From positions 1,028-65,027 of the forward strand of contig CAYUKQ010000004.1 of the NCBI GenBank assembly GCA_964445355.1: DNA of 64,000 nucleotides, written 5' to 3'. A program made the position numbers and the translations under genes. Shown piece after piece: positions 39,391 through 48,896 of the stretch. The notes under the pieces were generated by a model, which was given only the letters and a program-made list of their open reading frames with translations, made no database searches and was not told the DNA's origin. Within the stretch, counting starts at the first letter, position 1; every line of letters starts with the position of its first letter. This DNA is from an uncultured Gammaproteobacteria bacterium (lineage in GTDB: Bacteria > Patescibacteriota > Microgenomatia > CAYQLK01).

Positions 39391-40213
39391 TGTTGTTTTT
39401 TTCTAAGAAGGGTAGCCAGTCTACCAAAGATCCCCACCCAGATACAAGATACTGCTGAATAATACCAACAACAGAGAAAGTGTTCCAATAAAGAGATAGG
39501 CCGATGGGAAGAGTATAGGAGAAGTAACCAATTAGTAGTGGAAGGATAAAAATCATCTGGCTTTGGGTTTGAGCTAATGTGTCAGCAAAATCCTCTTTGC
39601 TGTTCTTATCTTTTTTGACAGCTTTTTTATCGGTTTTTGCTAATGCCATTTTCGACTGTAACATTTGAAATAAGGCGGTCAATACTGGGACAAGAAGCAA
39701 TAGCACTCCAGCGGTTTGCCACTCGGACGGCTTGGTGTTGAGATGGATATTAAAAAATGAAGTGTCAAGCGGTGAAGTTAGGTGAAGGAATTTAAAATAT
39801 AGAACTTGGTTAAGCTTGTTAATAATTTCTCCGCTACCATCAGAGGACACCAACTGATTAAGTACTTGATACAGAGCGAAGAATATTGGGATTTGAACCA
39901 ACAAGGTAAGGCACCCGGTTGCCGGATTAACTCCATGAGCTTTGTAAAGTTCGGACTGTTTTTGAGCGTGCAGAGTTTTGTCTTTGCCGTGTTTTTTCTT
40001 GAGATCATCGAGGTGCGGTTTGAGCTCGGCCATTTTTTTGGTTTGGTGAAGTTGTTTGCCGGTGAGCGGCCAAACCAGCATGCGAATAAGTAATGTTAGG
40101 GCAAGAATAGCAAAGGCAAGAGGGTAAGGAAAATTCGCAGCCTCAAACAATTTGTAAAAGAAAACCGCGATATTTAGGATCGGATGTATGAGGATTTGGT
40201 TAATAATGTCCAT
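39377..40213 (-). CDS. yidC: Membrane protein insertase YidC
   Basis: LYKAHGVNPATGCL.LLVQIPIF, GLSLYW. Confidence 0.93.
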   Translation of the reverse strand: MDIINQILIHPILNIAVFFYKLFEAANFPYPLAFAILALTLLIRMLVWPLTGKQLHQTKKMAELKPHLDDLKKKHGKDKTLHAQKQSELYKAHGVNPATGCLTLLVQIPIFFALYQVLNQLVSSDGSGEIINKLNQVLYFKFLHLTSPLDTSFFNIHLNTKPSEWQTAGVLLLLVPVLTALFQMLQSKMALAKTDKKAVKKDKNSKEDFADTLAQTQSQMIFILPLLIGYFSYTLPIGLSLYWNTFSVVGIIQQYLVSGWGSLVDWLPFLEKNNNDKK

Positions 40214-40524
40214 TATTTATTTGGCTTTAATAATTTGTATGGCGAATATGATAACTGATGTTTGTTTTTTTTGCTTATTTTGATTGCAGGATCATAACCA
40301 CCAGCAGAGAAGGGGTTACAAGATAACACACGTTTAGTGATCGCCGGAATAGATCGCAGACCGTTAATTTCTAACGATTCGATCGCATAATCTGAACAGG
40401 TAGGAGTGTATCGGCAAACACGATGTGTAAAAAAAATTTTAAAGAAAGAGTGATCGGGCGAAATACTAAGCTGATAGATACGAATGATTGATATTAGTAT
40501 TTTTTTTGAATACTTTGAGCGCAT
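40213..40524 (-). CDS. yidD: Membrane protein insertion efficiency factor YidD
   Basis: CRYTPTCSDY...CNPFSAGGYDP. Confidence 0.93.
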   Translation of the reverse strand: MRSKYSKKILISIIRIYQLSISPDHSFFKIFFTHRVCRYTPTCSDYAIESLEINGLRSIPAITKRVLSCNPFSAGGYDPAIKISKKNKHQLSYSPYKLLKPNK

Positions 40525-40530
40525 GGGTGT

Positions 40531-40839
40531 TTAAAAATTTAGAAGTATTTTAGAAATCTCTGGTTTGATATCGTTTTGACTAAACTTGGAAAGGTTTGAC
40601 TTTACTAAGATCGCAATTTCTTTTGGGGAACTAATCGTTTGATTCAGCTCCATAAAACATGAAGCGACCAGCCTTCTCGTCCGGTTACGGTCAACAGCGA
40701 GCGGACATGTTTTTTTGGAGATAGTAATGATTATTTTTGTTTTGTCTGCAGGACGATAATTAACAATGAAATTTGCAGTGGAGAGTGAGTGGGGGTAATT
40801 ACGGGAAAATTTCTTTATGCTCAAAGAGCGAGGGATCAT
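40531..40839 (-). CDS. rnpA: Ribonuclease P protein component (divergent)
   Basis: ISKK...AVDRNRTRR RNR motif; between rpmH and yidD. Confidence 0.85.
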   Translation of the reverse strand: MIPRSLSIKKFSRNYPHSLSTANFIVNYRPADKTKIIITISKKTCPLAVDRNRTRRLVASCFMELNQTISSPKEIAILVKSNLSKFSQNDIKPEISKILLNF

Positions 40840-40997
40840 TATTTGTGATTAATAACCTTAACAGTTAATGATTTGCGTCCTTTTCTGCGACGTGCCGAAA
40901 GAACCGCACGACCCGCGCGTGTAAGAGAACGCTTAAGAAATCCGTGCTTTCTGGCTCGTTTCTTCTTTTTTGGTTGATATGTTCTTTTGGTTGCCAT
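40839..40997 (-). CDS. rpmH: 50S ribosomal protein L34 (52 aa, not in ORF track)
   Basis: Hand translation [52 protein letters not shown]; TAATG overlap with rnpA. Confidence 0.96.
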   Translation of the reverse strand: MATKRTYQPKKKKRARKHGFLKRSLTRAGRAVLSARRRKGRKSLTVKVINHK

Positions 40998-41056
40998 AGT
41001 TTTGCGTGGGGAATTATATGCGCTAAATACTACCTAATGCAAGCACAAAAAAATGG

Positions 41057-41096
41057 TTTTCCACATGCAACCAAATGCTTGACGATGTGTGGATAA
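41057..41096. promoter_or_regulatory. DnaA boxes upstream of dnaA
   Basis: TTTTCCACA at 41057-41065 and TGTGGATAA at 41088-41096. Confidence 0.8.
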
Positions 41097-41209
41097 ATGC
41101 AATATATTCATATGGCGTTTAAGTGGAAATCAAAACTGTTTGCCCAGTTATTCACGAAAACAAAACACCTCCAAACAAACTATTGGTTGTAGACAAAAAG
41201 ATTAAATCA

Positions 41210-42586
41210 ATGGAGATTGATTCAAAAAAACTTTGGAGCGATGTATTAAAGGATATTAGATCAGAGTTGTCGCCGGCAAACTTCCGGACGTGGTTTAGTG
41301 CAACAAAACTTGAAGTGGTCGATTCTGGGGATGACAAATTCGATTTTAAGGTTTTGGTTTTAAATAATTTTGTTCGCGAGCAAATACAAGCCAGATATTC
41401 CGATCAGATAAAAGACAGAATAGCGAGCAGGTTGAATGATGATGCTTTTAGTTTAACTGTAGAGGTGGGAAGTGATATTAAGGTAAACAAAGGTGAAGAA
41501 AAAAAGGTATCTGAGGAGGTATTTATTCATGAGAATGTAATACAAGAGATAAAGGTCGGTTGGGGTACGGTTAATAATCTGAATCCGAATTTCACGTTTG
41601 AAAAGTTTGTGGTCGGTAACTCGAACAATCTGGCGTTTGCGGCCGCTCAGGCCGTTTCGCAGAGCCCAGGAAGTGTCTATAACCCATTCTTTATTTATGG
41701 CGGAGTTGGGGTTGGGAAAACACACTTAATGCAAGCGGTGGCGAATAGAATATTAGAGAGTAATCCCGGAGTGAGGGTTATTTATACAACTTGCGAAAAA
41801 TTTACAAACGAATTCATTGAATCTATTTCGTCTAAAAACGCGAAAAGTTTTAGGGAAAAGTTCAGACGCAACGATGTCTTAATGATCGACGATATACAAT
41901 TCTTGAGCGGTAAAGAGTCAACCCAAGAGGAATTTTTTCACACCTTTAACGAATTATACGGTGGAGGAAAACAGATCATCCTTACTTCCGACAGACACCC
42001 GTCTTCACTTGGAAAAATTGAGGATAGATTAGTATCAAGGTTTTTGGGTGGTCTAACAGTAGATATTGGTAACCCCGATTTTGAAATGAGGGTAGCGATC
42101 ATTAATCAAAAAATAAAAGCTAAAAGCCTAAATTTGTCTCCTGAAATTGTGGATATCATCGCCTCAAAAGTGGATAAAAACACCAGAGAGCTCGAAGGAG
42201 TGTTGACAGGTATCATTTCCCTGGCTTCACTCAAAGGTCAGGATATAGATGTGGATATCGTTAAAAAATTCTTTGGAATCCAAAACGAAACAAGGAGAAC
42301 GAAGCCGATTACCCCAAGAAGAGTAATATCGGTCGTGGGTAGTAAAACCAAAATTTCTACAGGTGATATTTTAGGTAAGAACAGGCAGAAGGATCTAGTT
42401 ATGGCCAGGCAGATAGTAATGTATTTACTCAGGGAGGAATTTAAGTTTTCTCTGGTATCAATAGGTGAGTCGCTTGGAGGAAGGGACCATACAACAATCA
42501 TGCATGGAGTAGAGAAGATAAAATCAGATATTAAGTCGGATGTTAATTTAAGAGAATTGGTTTTAGATATAAATAACACCTTATGA
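41210..42586 (+). CDS. dnaA: Chromosomal replication initiator DnaA
   Basis: FVVGNSN, GGVGVGKTHL, IDDIQF, QEEFFHTFN, RELEG, GGRDHTT; ATG at 41210 preferred over GTG 41123. Confidence 0.97.
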   Translation: MEIDSKKLWSDVLKDIRSELSPANFRTWFSATKLEVVDSGDDKFDFKVLVLNNFVREQIQARYSDQIKDRIASRLNDDAFSLTVEVGSDIKVNKGEEKKVSEEVFIHENVIQEIKVGWGTVNNLNPNFTFEKFVVGNSNNLAFAAAQAVSQSPGSVYNPFFIYGGVGVGKTHLMQAVANRILESNPGVRVIYTTCEKFTNEFIESISSKNAKSFREKFRRNDVLMIDDIQFLSGKESTQEEFFHTFNELYGGGKQIILTSDRHPSSLGKIEDRLVSRFLGGLTVDIGNPDFEMRVAIINQKIKAKSLNLSPEIVDIIASKVDKNTRELEGVLTGIISLASLKGQDIDVDIVKKFFGIQNETRRTKPITPRRVISVVGSKTKISTGDILGKNRQKDLVMARQIVMYLLREEFKFSLVSIGESLGGRDHTTIMHGVEKIKSDIKSDVNLRELVLDINNTL

Positions 42587-42831
42587 GTTGTACACAACTA
42601 TCTATGGATTATCCACAATTTTATCCACATAAGTTAATTGTTTTTACAGACAAAATAAACCCAAAAATAAGAATAAACTTATGGGGTATAATTTAATATT
42701 AGATTATTGTAATAGTACGATGTTAATTTTCGACAGTTATTTTATGCCTGATTTACACGTGAAATTACACATATCTACAGAGTATATTACTAACGATTAC
42801 TGTTTAAATAAATAAAAAATAATTAAAACAT
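42587..42831. other. Replication origin oriC (dnaA-dnaN intergenic)
   Basis: TTATCCACA at 42609-42617 and 42621-42629, degenerate boxes at 42588 and ~42763-42780, AT-rich tract before dnaN; plus strand becomes visibly G/T-rich downstream. Confidence 0.85.
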
Positions 42832-43962
42832 ATGACACAAACAAAGATAGGTTTTTCAGTTAAACAGGAAAATTTCGTTCAAGCTCTACAATTAGTTCTG
42901 AGGGTTGTTACTTCAAAAATAACCTTACCGATACTTAATAATTTTTTGATCGAAGTTGAGTCAGGGAAAATTATTGTGTCATCAACGAATCTTGATGTAG
43001 CAATATCAGTTACAGTTACTGCAACAAATACCCAAATTGGGAAAATTGCCGTACCAGGGAAGATATTAAATGATCTTGTTTCAACACTTAACCCAGGTGA
43101 TCTTGAACTCGAGGTGGTTGACGGAATCGGATCTTTAGTTTCGGGAAAATTTGCCGCAAAAATTAATACCGCCCCCGTTGATGATTATCCAGTGATCCCT
43201 TCAGAATCAGGTGAAGCTAGGGTGGAAATTCCATCAAAATTATTATCTTCGACGATAAACCGGGTTGAGTTTGCGGCTGCGCTTGATGAATCCAGACCGA
43301 TTTTGGCAGGGGTATTGTTTGATTTGTCGGAAAAAGGGATTGAATTGGTAGCGACGGACGGATACAGATTATCTCACGCAAAATTCGAAGGTGATTTTGA
43401 AAGCAGTCCGATTAGAGTTGTTATTCCAGCAAGAACGCTTCAGGAGGTATCAAAGATCTCTGTGTTGGGTGATATGGTTGGTGTTTGGTTGTCGGAGAAT
43501 GATAAACAGGTGGTTTTTAAGGTTGGTAATGTAAAAGTTGTTTCTAGGATAATCGAGGGTGAATATCCGAACTGGAGAAAGATCGTTCCTGAGTCATTTA
43601 CTACAAAGATGTTGGTTGATAGAGATGATTTTGCAAAAGCACTTACTCAAGCTGCGGTTTTTGCTAAGGAATCGGGTAATGTTGTGAAAATAAGTCTTGG
43701 TGAAGGATTAGGTATGGTGGTCTCTTCTGTTTCGAGAGAGTTGGGAGAAGAGAAAAACGAGATCGAGGGAGAGATGACTGGTCCGGCAGGTGAAATAGCA
43801 TTTAATTGGCGGTATTTGAATGATTTTTTGAGTGTTTGTTCATCGGAAAAGTTTAATCTGGAGATGTTGGAAAGTTTGAAGCCTGGAAAATTTACTTTTG
43901 ATAAAGACGAATCTGGTATTGAATTTATGCATATCATTATGCCTGTTAGACTACAGGAGTAA
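42832..43962 (+). CDS. dnaN: DNA polymerase III beta clamp
   Basis: LPILNN, SRPILAGV, VATDGYRL, IEGEYP, IMPVRL. Confidence 0.96.
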   Translation: MTQTKIGFSVKQENFVQALQLVLRVVTSKITLPILNNFLIEVESGKIIVSSTNLDVAISVTVTATNTQIGKIAVPGKILNDLVSTLNPGDLELEVVDGIGSLVSGKFAAKINTAPVDDYPVIPSESGEARVEIPSKLLSSTINRVEFAAALDESRPILAGVLFDLSEKGIELVATDGYRLSHAKFEGDFESSPIRVVIPARTLQEVSKISVLGDMVGVWLSENDKQVVFKVGNVKVVSRIIEGEYPNWRKIVPESFTTKMLVDRDDFAKALTQAAVFAKESGNVVKISLGEGLGMVVSSVSRELGEEKNEIEGEMTGPAGEIAFNWRYLNDFLSVCSSEKFNLEMLESLKPGKFTFDKDESGIEFMHIIMPVRLQE

Positions 43963-43982
43963 AAATAGATTTTTTGGGTCGT

Positions 43983-44294
43983 ATGGCGGGTTTTGAAAAA
44001 GTAGATAGTCTGATTAAGCAGTTTCGTTTTAATAGCACCGAAAAACGGGCATTGGGGGCCTTACAGGTGGTTTCTAAATCTCAACCGGTGGTTGATAAAT
44101 GGGTAAAAAATAAATACGGAGAAAAAATCGTGGTTAGAGTGTCGCAGTTTAATGACGGAAAATTAGTGTTACTGGTAGGTAATGTTGTGGAGTTGGTTGA
44201 AATAAGAAAAAATGCTGAAGGGTTAAGAAGAAGGTTGAATCGAGTTTTATCAAGTAATTTGATCAAATCGATCACGGTGCGAGTGGAAAGATAA
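43983..44294 (+). CDS. DciA/DUF721-like helicase-loading factor
   Basis: About 100 aa basic protein after dnaN with F.DGKLVLLV...EI...L...LN..L...IKSITVRV pattern. Confidence 0.6.
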   Translation: MAGFEKVDSLIKQFRFNSTEKRALGALQVVSKSQPVVDKWVKNKYGEKIVVRVSQFNDGKLVLLVGNVVELVEIRKNAEGLRRRLNRVLSSNLIKSITVRVER

Positions 44295-44297
44295 AGT

Positions 44298-45314
44298 TTA
44301 GTTTGTTGCTTCTACGTTCAGAGTGATAAGGTATTCCTGATTATCTTTAGAGATTGCTGTGCCTGAGAATGTAAAGAAAGGGTAAATAGTTTGAGGGTTT
44401 TTGGTGGTTGGAAAAAAGTAGCTTGTTTGGACAGAAGTGATATTGATGTTTTTGTAGTTACTTGTGTAATAAGCTTCCTCCTCGTCTTTTGTTCCAGATA
44501 ATTTACGGATCTGTGTAATTGTGGATTGGTTTTTAGCTAGTTTGCTTACGGCTTGTTCCAGAGAAATTAACTGGACAGTGGTAGTGGGATTGTAGGTGAA
44601 TACAACAAGCGAAAAGCTGGTAATTGATCCTGATTTGTCGAAAGTAATTGAACCAACCGATGTGTTTGGGGTACGGTCTGTGGCCAAAAAAACCGTTTCG
44701 TGTTTGGTGGTAATGTCAAAACTGATCGTGTCAGCCAGATCAAAACTATCGACTGTTTGATCATTAAGATTGGTCGAGCGATAAAATTGCGGCGCAGAAA
44801 GTTGTAAGTTGGAATTATTACCCACTTTATTTAAGGTGTTTTGAGCTTGATCGGTAATTAGTTCTAGGGTAGAGATTTGCTGGTTGGTTTGGGGGTTGCG
44901 GTAAGTAATAGTAAGATCGTCGATCGTTAATGTTCTGTTTTGGTTAATGTAAACTTTTCGAGTGCCAAGGTCTGTTTGGAGTTCGCGAAAATCTGCTGGG
45001 TCGAAGTTGAACATATTTGCAATATTGTCGGAAGCGATTGGGGTTTTGGTAATCGATAATATTCCTAATGATTTCGGTGGAGTGTAACTGTAGACATCTG
45101 GGTCGATTTGGTATTTTTGTGGTTTATTTGCAAAGGGATCATTAACTGGTTTCGATGATTCAGGAATTGAACTGGTTTTGGTTGGTTCGGGCTTAGTTGG
45201 TTGAGTGTTTGGGTTGAATATTAAATAAAGAAAAATAAAGATTATTAGAAAGACACCAAAAAAGATAAATATCCAAAAATTCTTTAGTTTAGCCCTAAGT
45301 TGTGTAAGCGTCAT
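44298..45314 (-). CDS. Membrane-anchored exported protein, last gene of T4SS-like run
   Basis: N-terminal TM, Pro/Thr linker, beta-rich external domain; 6 nt after the M23 gene. Confidence 0.7.
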   Translation of the reverse strand: MTLTQLRAKLKNFWIFIFFGVFLIIFIFLYLIFNPNTQPTKPEPTKTSSIPESSKPVNDPFANKPQKYQIDPDVYSYTPPKSLGILSITKTPIASDNIANMFNFDPADFRELQTDLGTRKVYINQNRTLTIDDLTITYRNPQTNQQISTLELITDQAQNTLNKVGNNSNLQLSAPQFYRSTNLNDQTVDSFDLADTISFDITTKHETVFLATDRTPNTSVGSITFDKSGSITSFSLVVFTYNPTTTVQLISLEQAVSKLAKNQSTITQIRKLSGTKDEEEAYYTSNYKNINITSVQTSYFFPTTKNPQTIYPFFTFSGTAISKDNQEYLITLNVEATN

Positions 45315-45320
45315 ATATTT

Positions 45321-48300
45321 TTAGTTTACTGCAGCGCAACTGCCTGAACACCCCCGGACATCGACAGGAATGTATGGCGGCTCCATTCGGAGGCCTCGAA
45401 ATTCATAGTGAAGATGTGTGCCTCTAACATCAGGAGGAAGTATATATCCCGTGAATCCCTCATAACCAACTATTTGACCTTTAGTTATTACGGCTCCGAC
45501 TTCGATGCCTGGGCCAAACGAATCCATATGACCATAGATTGCTCTGAAGGATGTGCCGTTGCAGGTACCGCTTAGGATGACTGTTAAGCCGGTTCGGCCG
45601 GTGATCGGATGGTTACCAGCCGGATCTGTGTATTTATACTCAACAACTCCATTAAACGTGGCCAGTAAGCTATCGGTGTAGAAAGTAGCAACATCTATGG
45701 CTTCGAGAGATGAGTGTGAAACCAACCCTCCCGGTCCTTGTGTGACATTGCCTGATCCAGCCGCGGGCCAGCCCGACGGACAGTCTCCGGCGGGTGTGCC
45801 AATAAAGACTGATGAAAGGTCGTTTGCAGAGGAAGAAACCGAGTTGGTAAATCCTCCTCCAGGTGCCGGGATGGGGATTATGTTGGGGTCAAATGATTTA
45901 AAACTGATTGAAAATTTATTACTAATACTTGAGTCCTGAAAAATTGTCTCGTTCGGAATTGGAAGATCGTATGAAATACTGGCTGTTTGATTTGGATTGA
46001 GAGTGGTTGGACAGTTGATGGTTGGGCTGGTTAGGTTGCGAATATTTCCGGATTTAGTTACGTGGGTGATTGTATCAGTGCAGACAATATCGTAGATGGG
46101 TTGGTTTTGGGCACTAATATTGACAGTGTAGGTGACGGTTTGGGGAAGATCCGAATTTTCTAGTTTGATGGTTTTAGCGGGTCCGAGAGATTTAGCGTTA
46201 ACGCTGGCAAGCTTTTGAATTTGTATGTAAGTGTTTGATGTTTCACCTTCTGTAGCGTCACCAGGTAAAACGATTTGTTCCGGAAGGCTTGGGTTGGTAA
46301 ATAAAGCAGAAGAGACTGTGCTGTAGCTTAATATGGAAAATGTGGTAATACTCCCAACTGTGGCGGTCGGGATCAGGACAGCAGGGTTGGTTGCTACACC
46401 TACAAGTGCGTTAGTGCCACTGCTAACAAGTCCACCAATTGCTGATGCACCAGGAATTCCGCTAATAAAACCACCGACGGCCCCCGCAGCAGACCAGGTA
46501 AACGATGCAGCTGCTGCACCCGCCGACCAAATCGCTGAGGCTGCACCAGTGGCCCACCCTGAAACTGCCCCCCAAATCTTGGGAAGGTAAAACATAAGAT
46601 TATTAACAACTGTGGCGTAACCGGGGAAGTGGTTATAAAGCCAGACAGATGCTGTTCCACCAAGGAAACCGCCGATTAATGCACCTACTGGCCCACCGAG
46701 CGCGAACCCGATCGCTGCACCAACAGCGAATCCAACCGCAAAAGCGACGATGTTGGCAAGTATCCAAAGAAGGAACATGTAAGCGAGGAAAGCGAGGGTT
46801 GCGAGAATATAGGCGATCTGTTTTTTGTATTTTGCTGCCAGCATTAACCCGGCCTGCACAAGCAGCGAAATACCTCCGGTGCCAGCGCCGACGGCTGCAG
46901 AAATACCCAGTTTTGCTCCAACTTTTAGTGCGCCTTTTTTAGCAAATCCTTTGAGTTTGCCTTTGGCCCGACCGGCTGAAAATTTTTGTGAGAAGGAGAA
47001 AAATGATTTTTTTGGTATAAAATTGGCCGATCGAGTGATGGTTTGTCCGGCGGGGCTTTGAGAATAGTATGAACGGGAAAAATTACCCATTCTCCATACA
47101 GAATGTTTTTTGGGGGCATTAAACTCTGGAATCTGTTCATATAATTCCAGTTCGTCAGAGTAGTTTTTTAGGAGAATGGATTGACCAACGCTTATAGATT
47201 CCTGCTCATTTATTTCCCGAATCGATCTGGACAAAAAGGATCTTCTCTCTGGATTAGGGTTAAGACTTGCGGACAAAAACTCTTCATAACTTTGCTGTTG
47301 TCTTTTAGGATTATCCATGAGCGAGGCAAATGCGTGATTTTCGGCGGCGGTGATTTCTGAAGATTCAGCCTGATATTGTCCTTGAGAGTAAATATTGACA
47401 GGCTGAAGAATTTCGTGACTGACGACATCGGTAACGAAGCGGGGGGCTGCTAAGGTAAGAAGTGTTTTGTCGTCAAGTTTTGAGTCGAGGTGTTTGAGGT
47501 AATTCTGGTAGCTGTTTTCTTCTGCGGAGCGAAGATTCTGAAGGAGACTTTGTGGGTTAAGAGGGATGTTCTTATCAAAATCTTCCTGTGTGTTTTGAAT
47601 GATTTGATTGGCAATGTTGGGTAGGTATATTTGGTGAATTGCTTCAGAGATAATTTGTTTGTTTTTTGCTGTAGCTGTTTCCGGGTTGATTTTTAATCCA
47701 GTGTCGATTGCTTTGTCGATGATTTGTGAGTGTGTTGATGGAGATGATTGGGGATCGGCTAGTGTGGAGATTAGGAGAATTTGTGATGCGGTATTGGCTT
47801 GGGTTACCGCTGGATGATTGGTTTCAGATACTTGGTCGACTGCGACTAAAAAGTCATCAGACTTGGTCAATTTTTTGGCGCCGTCTGTGGTCTCGGGTTC
47901 TTTGAGCGAATGTTCGTAGATTTCCGACGCCAAAACGGGCGACAATTCCTGGTAGTCGGCTGTGTGAGTGGAATAAATGATCTGGGTCGCGACATTGTTG
48001 GCGATTTTTCCAGCGATACGTTGTTGGTTGGCTGCGTCGATTTTGGCCTTGAACAGCGTGGCTGAGATGGCTGGTGATTGGATAAGTTGAGTGATGGCGT
48101 TGGTGAGTTCGGTGTGTGTGAGTGTGACTGTATCCTCGAGTTTTTTAGTTGTGGATCTGGTCGAACTTGATGAAGGTTTTGGATTAGCTGGCTCACCAGA
48201 TTGTTTTGAGGGTGATTTGGAGCTATTGTTGGGCAGGGTAATAATTCGAGTGGTCGTTTGGGGTAAGGTAATGGGTTGCTGGATCGGTAGGGGGGCGGTT

Positions 48301-48836
48301 GGGTTTACTGATTGAGGTGTTTGGGTCGTGGGGATTGGATTAGTAATCTTAATTGTTTTTGGTAGTTCGATAGGGGTGGGAGGGGTTTGGTTATTTTGTC
48401 GAATTTGTTTAATAGCGTTGTCGACTTCTTCAATAACCCCAGCGCTGCTAAGTGTGCGTGTTTGGGTTGGAGAATCCGGGTTTTGGAGTTTGTGAATAAT
48501 AGGAATGACAGATTGGTTGGTTAGTTCAAACTCTTTTAGATTGGCTTGAATTAGGGTGGTAAAGATTTGTTTAAGGACAAGGATGTTTTGGCCGATGTTT
48601 ATAATTTCGTATTTGTCGGCAATATTCTGGATAGTGATTAGCGTTTGTTCATAGCTTGCGTCTGGGAATAAATCTTTGAATTGTTCGTTAAACTCTTTCT
48701 CGCTTGGGAAGCGGGGTGGTTGACCGTCTTTGGGTGATTTTTCAAAAAAATCTAAAACCCAATCAGCTAAACGAAATTGGAGTAATTGGTCAATGGCGGT
48801 TTTGGGTTTGGATGGTTCAACCTGACTTGTTGACAT
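45321..48836 (-). CDS. 1171-aa membrane protein with C-terminal M23 peptidase
   Basis: C-terminal HSSLEAID, YGHM, HLHYEFR; central Gly/Ala-rich hydrophobic segments; long N-terminal region without signal peptide. Confidence 0.8.
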   Translation of the reverse strand: MSTSQVEPSKPKTAIDQLLQFRLADWVLDFFEKSPKDGQPPRFPSEKEFNEQFKDLFPDASYEQTLITIQNIADKYEIINIGQNILVLKQIFTTLIQANLKEFELTNQSVIPIIHKLQNPDSPTQTRTLSSAGVIEEVDNAIKQIRQNNQTPPTPIELPKTIKITNPIPTTQTPQSVNPTAPLPIQQPITLPQTTTRIITLPNNSSKSPSKQSGEPANPKPSSSSTRSTTKKLEDTVTLTHTELTNAITQLIQSPAISATLFKAKIDAANQQRIAGKIANNVATQIIYSTHTADYQELSPVLASEIYEHSLKEPETTDGAKKLTKSDDFLVAVDQVSETNHPAVTQANTASQILLISTLADPQSSPSTHSQIIDKAIDTGLKINPETATAKNKQIISEAIHQIYLPNIANQIIQNTQEDFDKNIPLNPQSLLQNLRSAEENSYQNYLKHLDSKLDDKTLLTLAAPRFVTDVVSHEILQPVNIYSQGQYQAESSEITAAENHAFASLMDNPKRQQQSYEEFLSASLNPNPERRSFLSRSIREINEQESISVGQSILLKNYSDELELYEQIPEFNAPKKHSVWRMGNFSRSYYSQSPAGQTITRSANFIPKKSFFSFSQKFSAGRAKGKLKGFAKKGALKVGAKLGISAAVGAGTGGISLLVQAGLMLAAKYKKQIAYILATLAFLAYMFLLWILANIVAFAVGFAVGAAIGFALGGPVGALIGGFLGGTASVWLYNHFPGYATVVNNLMFYLPKIWGAVSGWATGAASAIWSAGAAAASFTWSAAGAVGGFISGIPGASAIGGLVSSGTNALVGVATNPAVLIPTATVGSITTFSILSYSTVSSALFTNPSLPEQIVLPGDATEGETSNTYIQIQKLASVNAKSLGPAKTIKLENSDLPQTVTYTVNISAQNQPIYDIVCTDTITHVTKSGNIRNLTSPTINCPTTLNPNQTASISYDLPIPNETIFQDSSISNKFSISFKSFDPNIIPIPAPGGGFTNSVSSSANDLSSVFIGTPAGDCPSGWPAAGSGNVTQGPGGLVSHSSLEAIDVATFYTDSLLATFNGVVEYKYTDPAGNHPITGRTGLTVILSGTCNGTSFRAIYGHMDSFGPGIEVGAVITKGQIVGYEGFTGYILPPDVRGTHLHYEFRGLRMEPPYIPVDVRGCSGSCAAVN

Positions 48837-48896
48837 TATTAACTAATAATAAACCTTGTTAGGCGAAATATTCCGAGGCTGTTTAACATAAGCGAG

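Noticed and set aside
41123-41209. GTG-initiated N-terminal extension of dnaA
   Set aside because: DnaA domain I pattern (LWSDVL...F.TWF) begins right after ATG 41210
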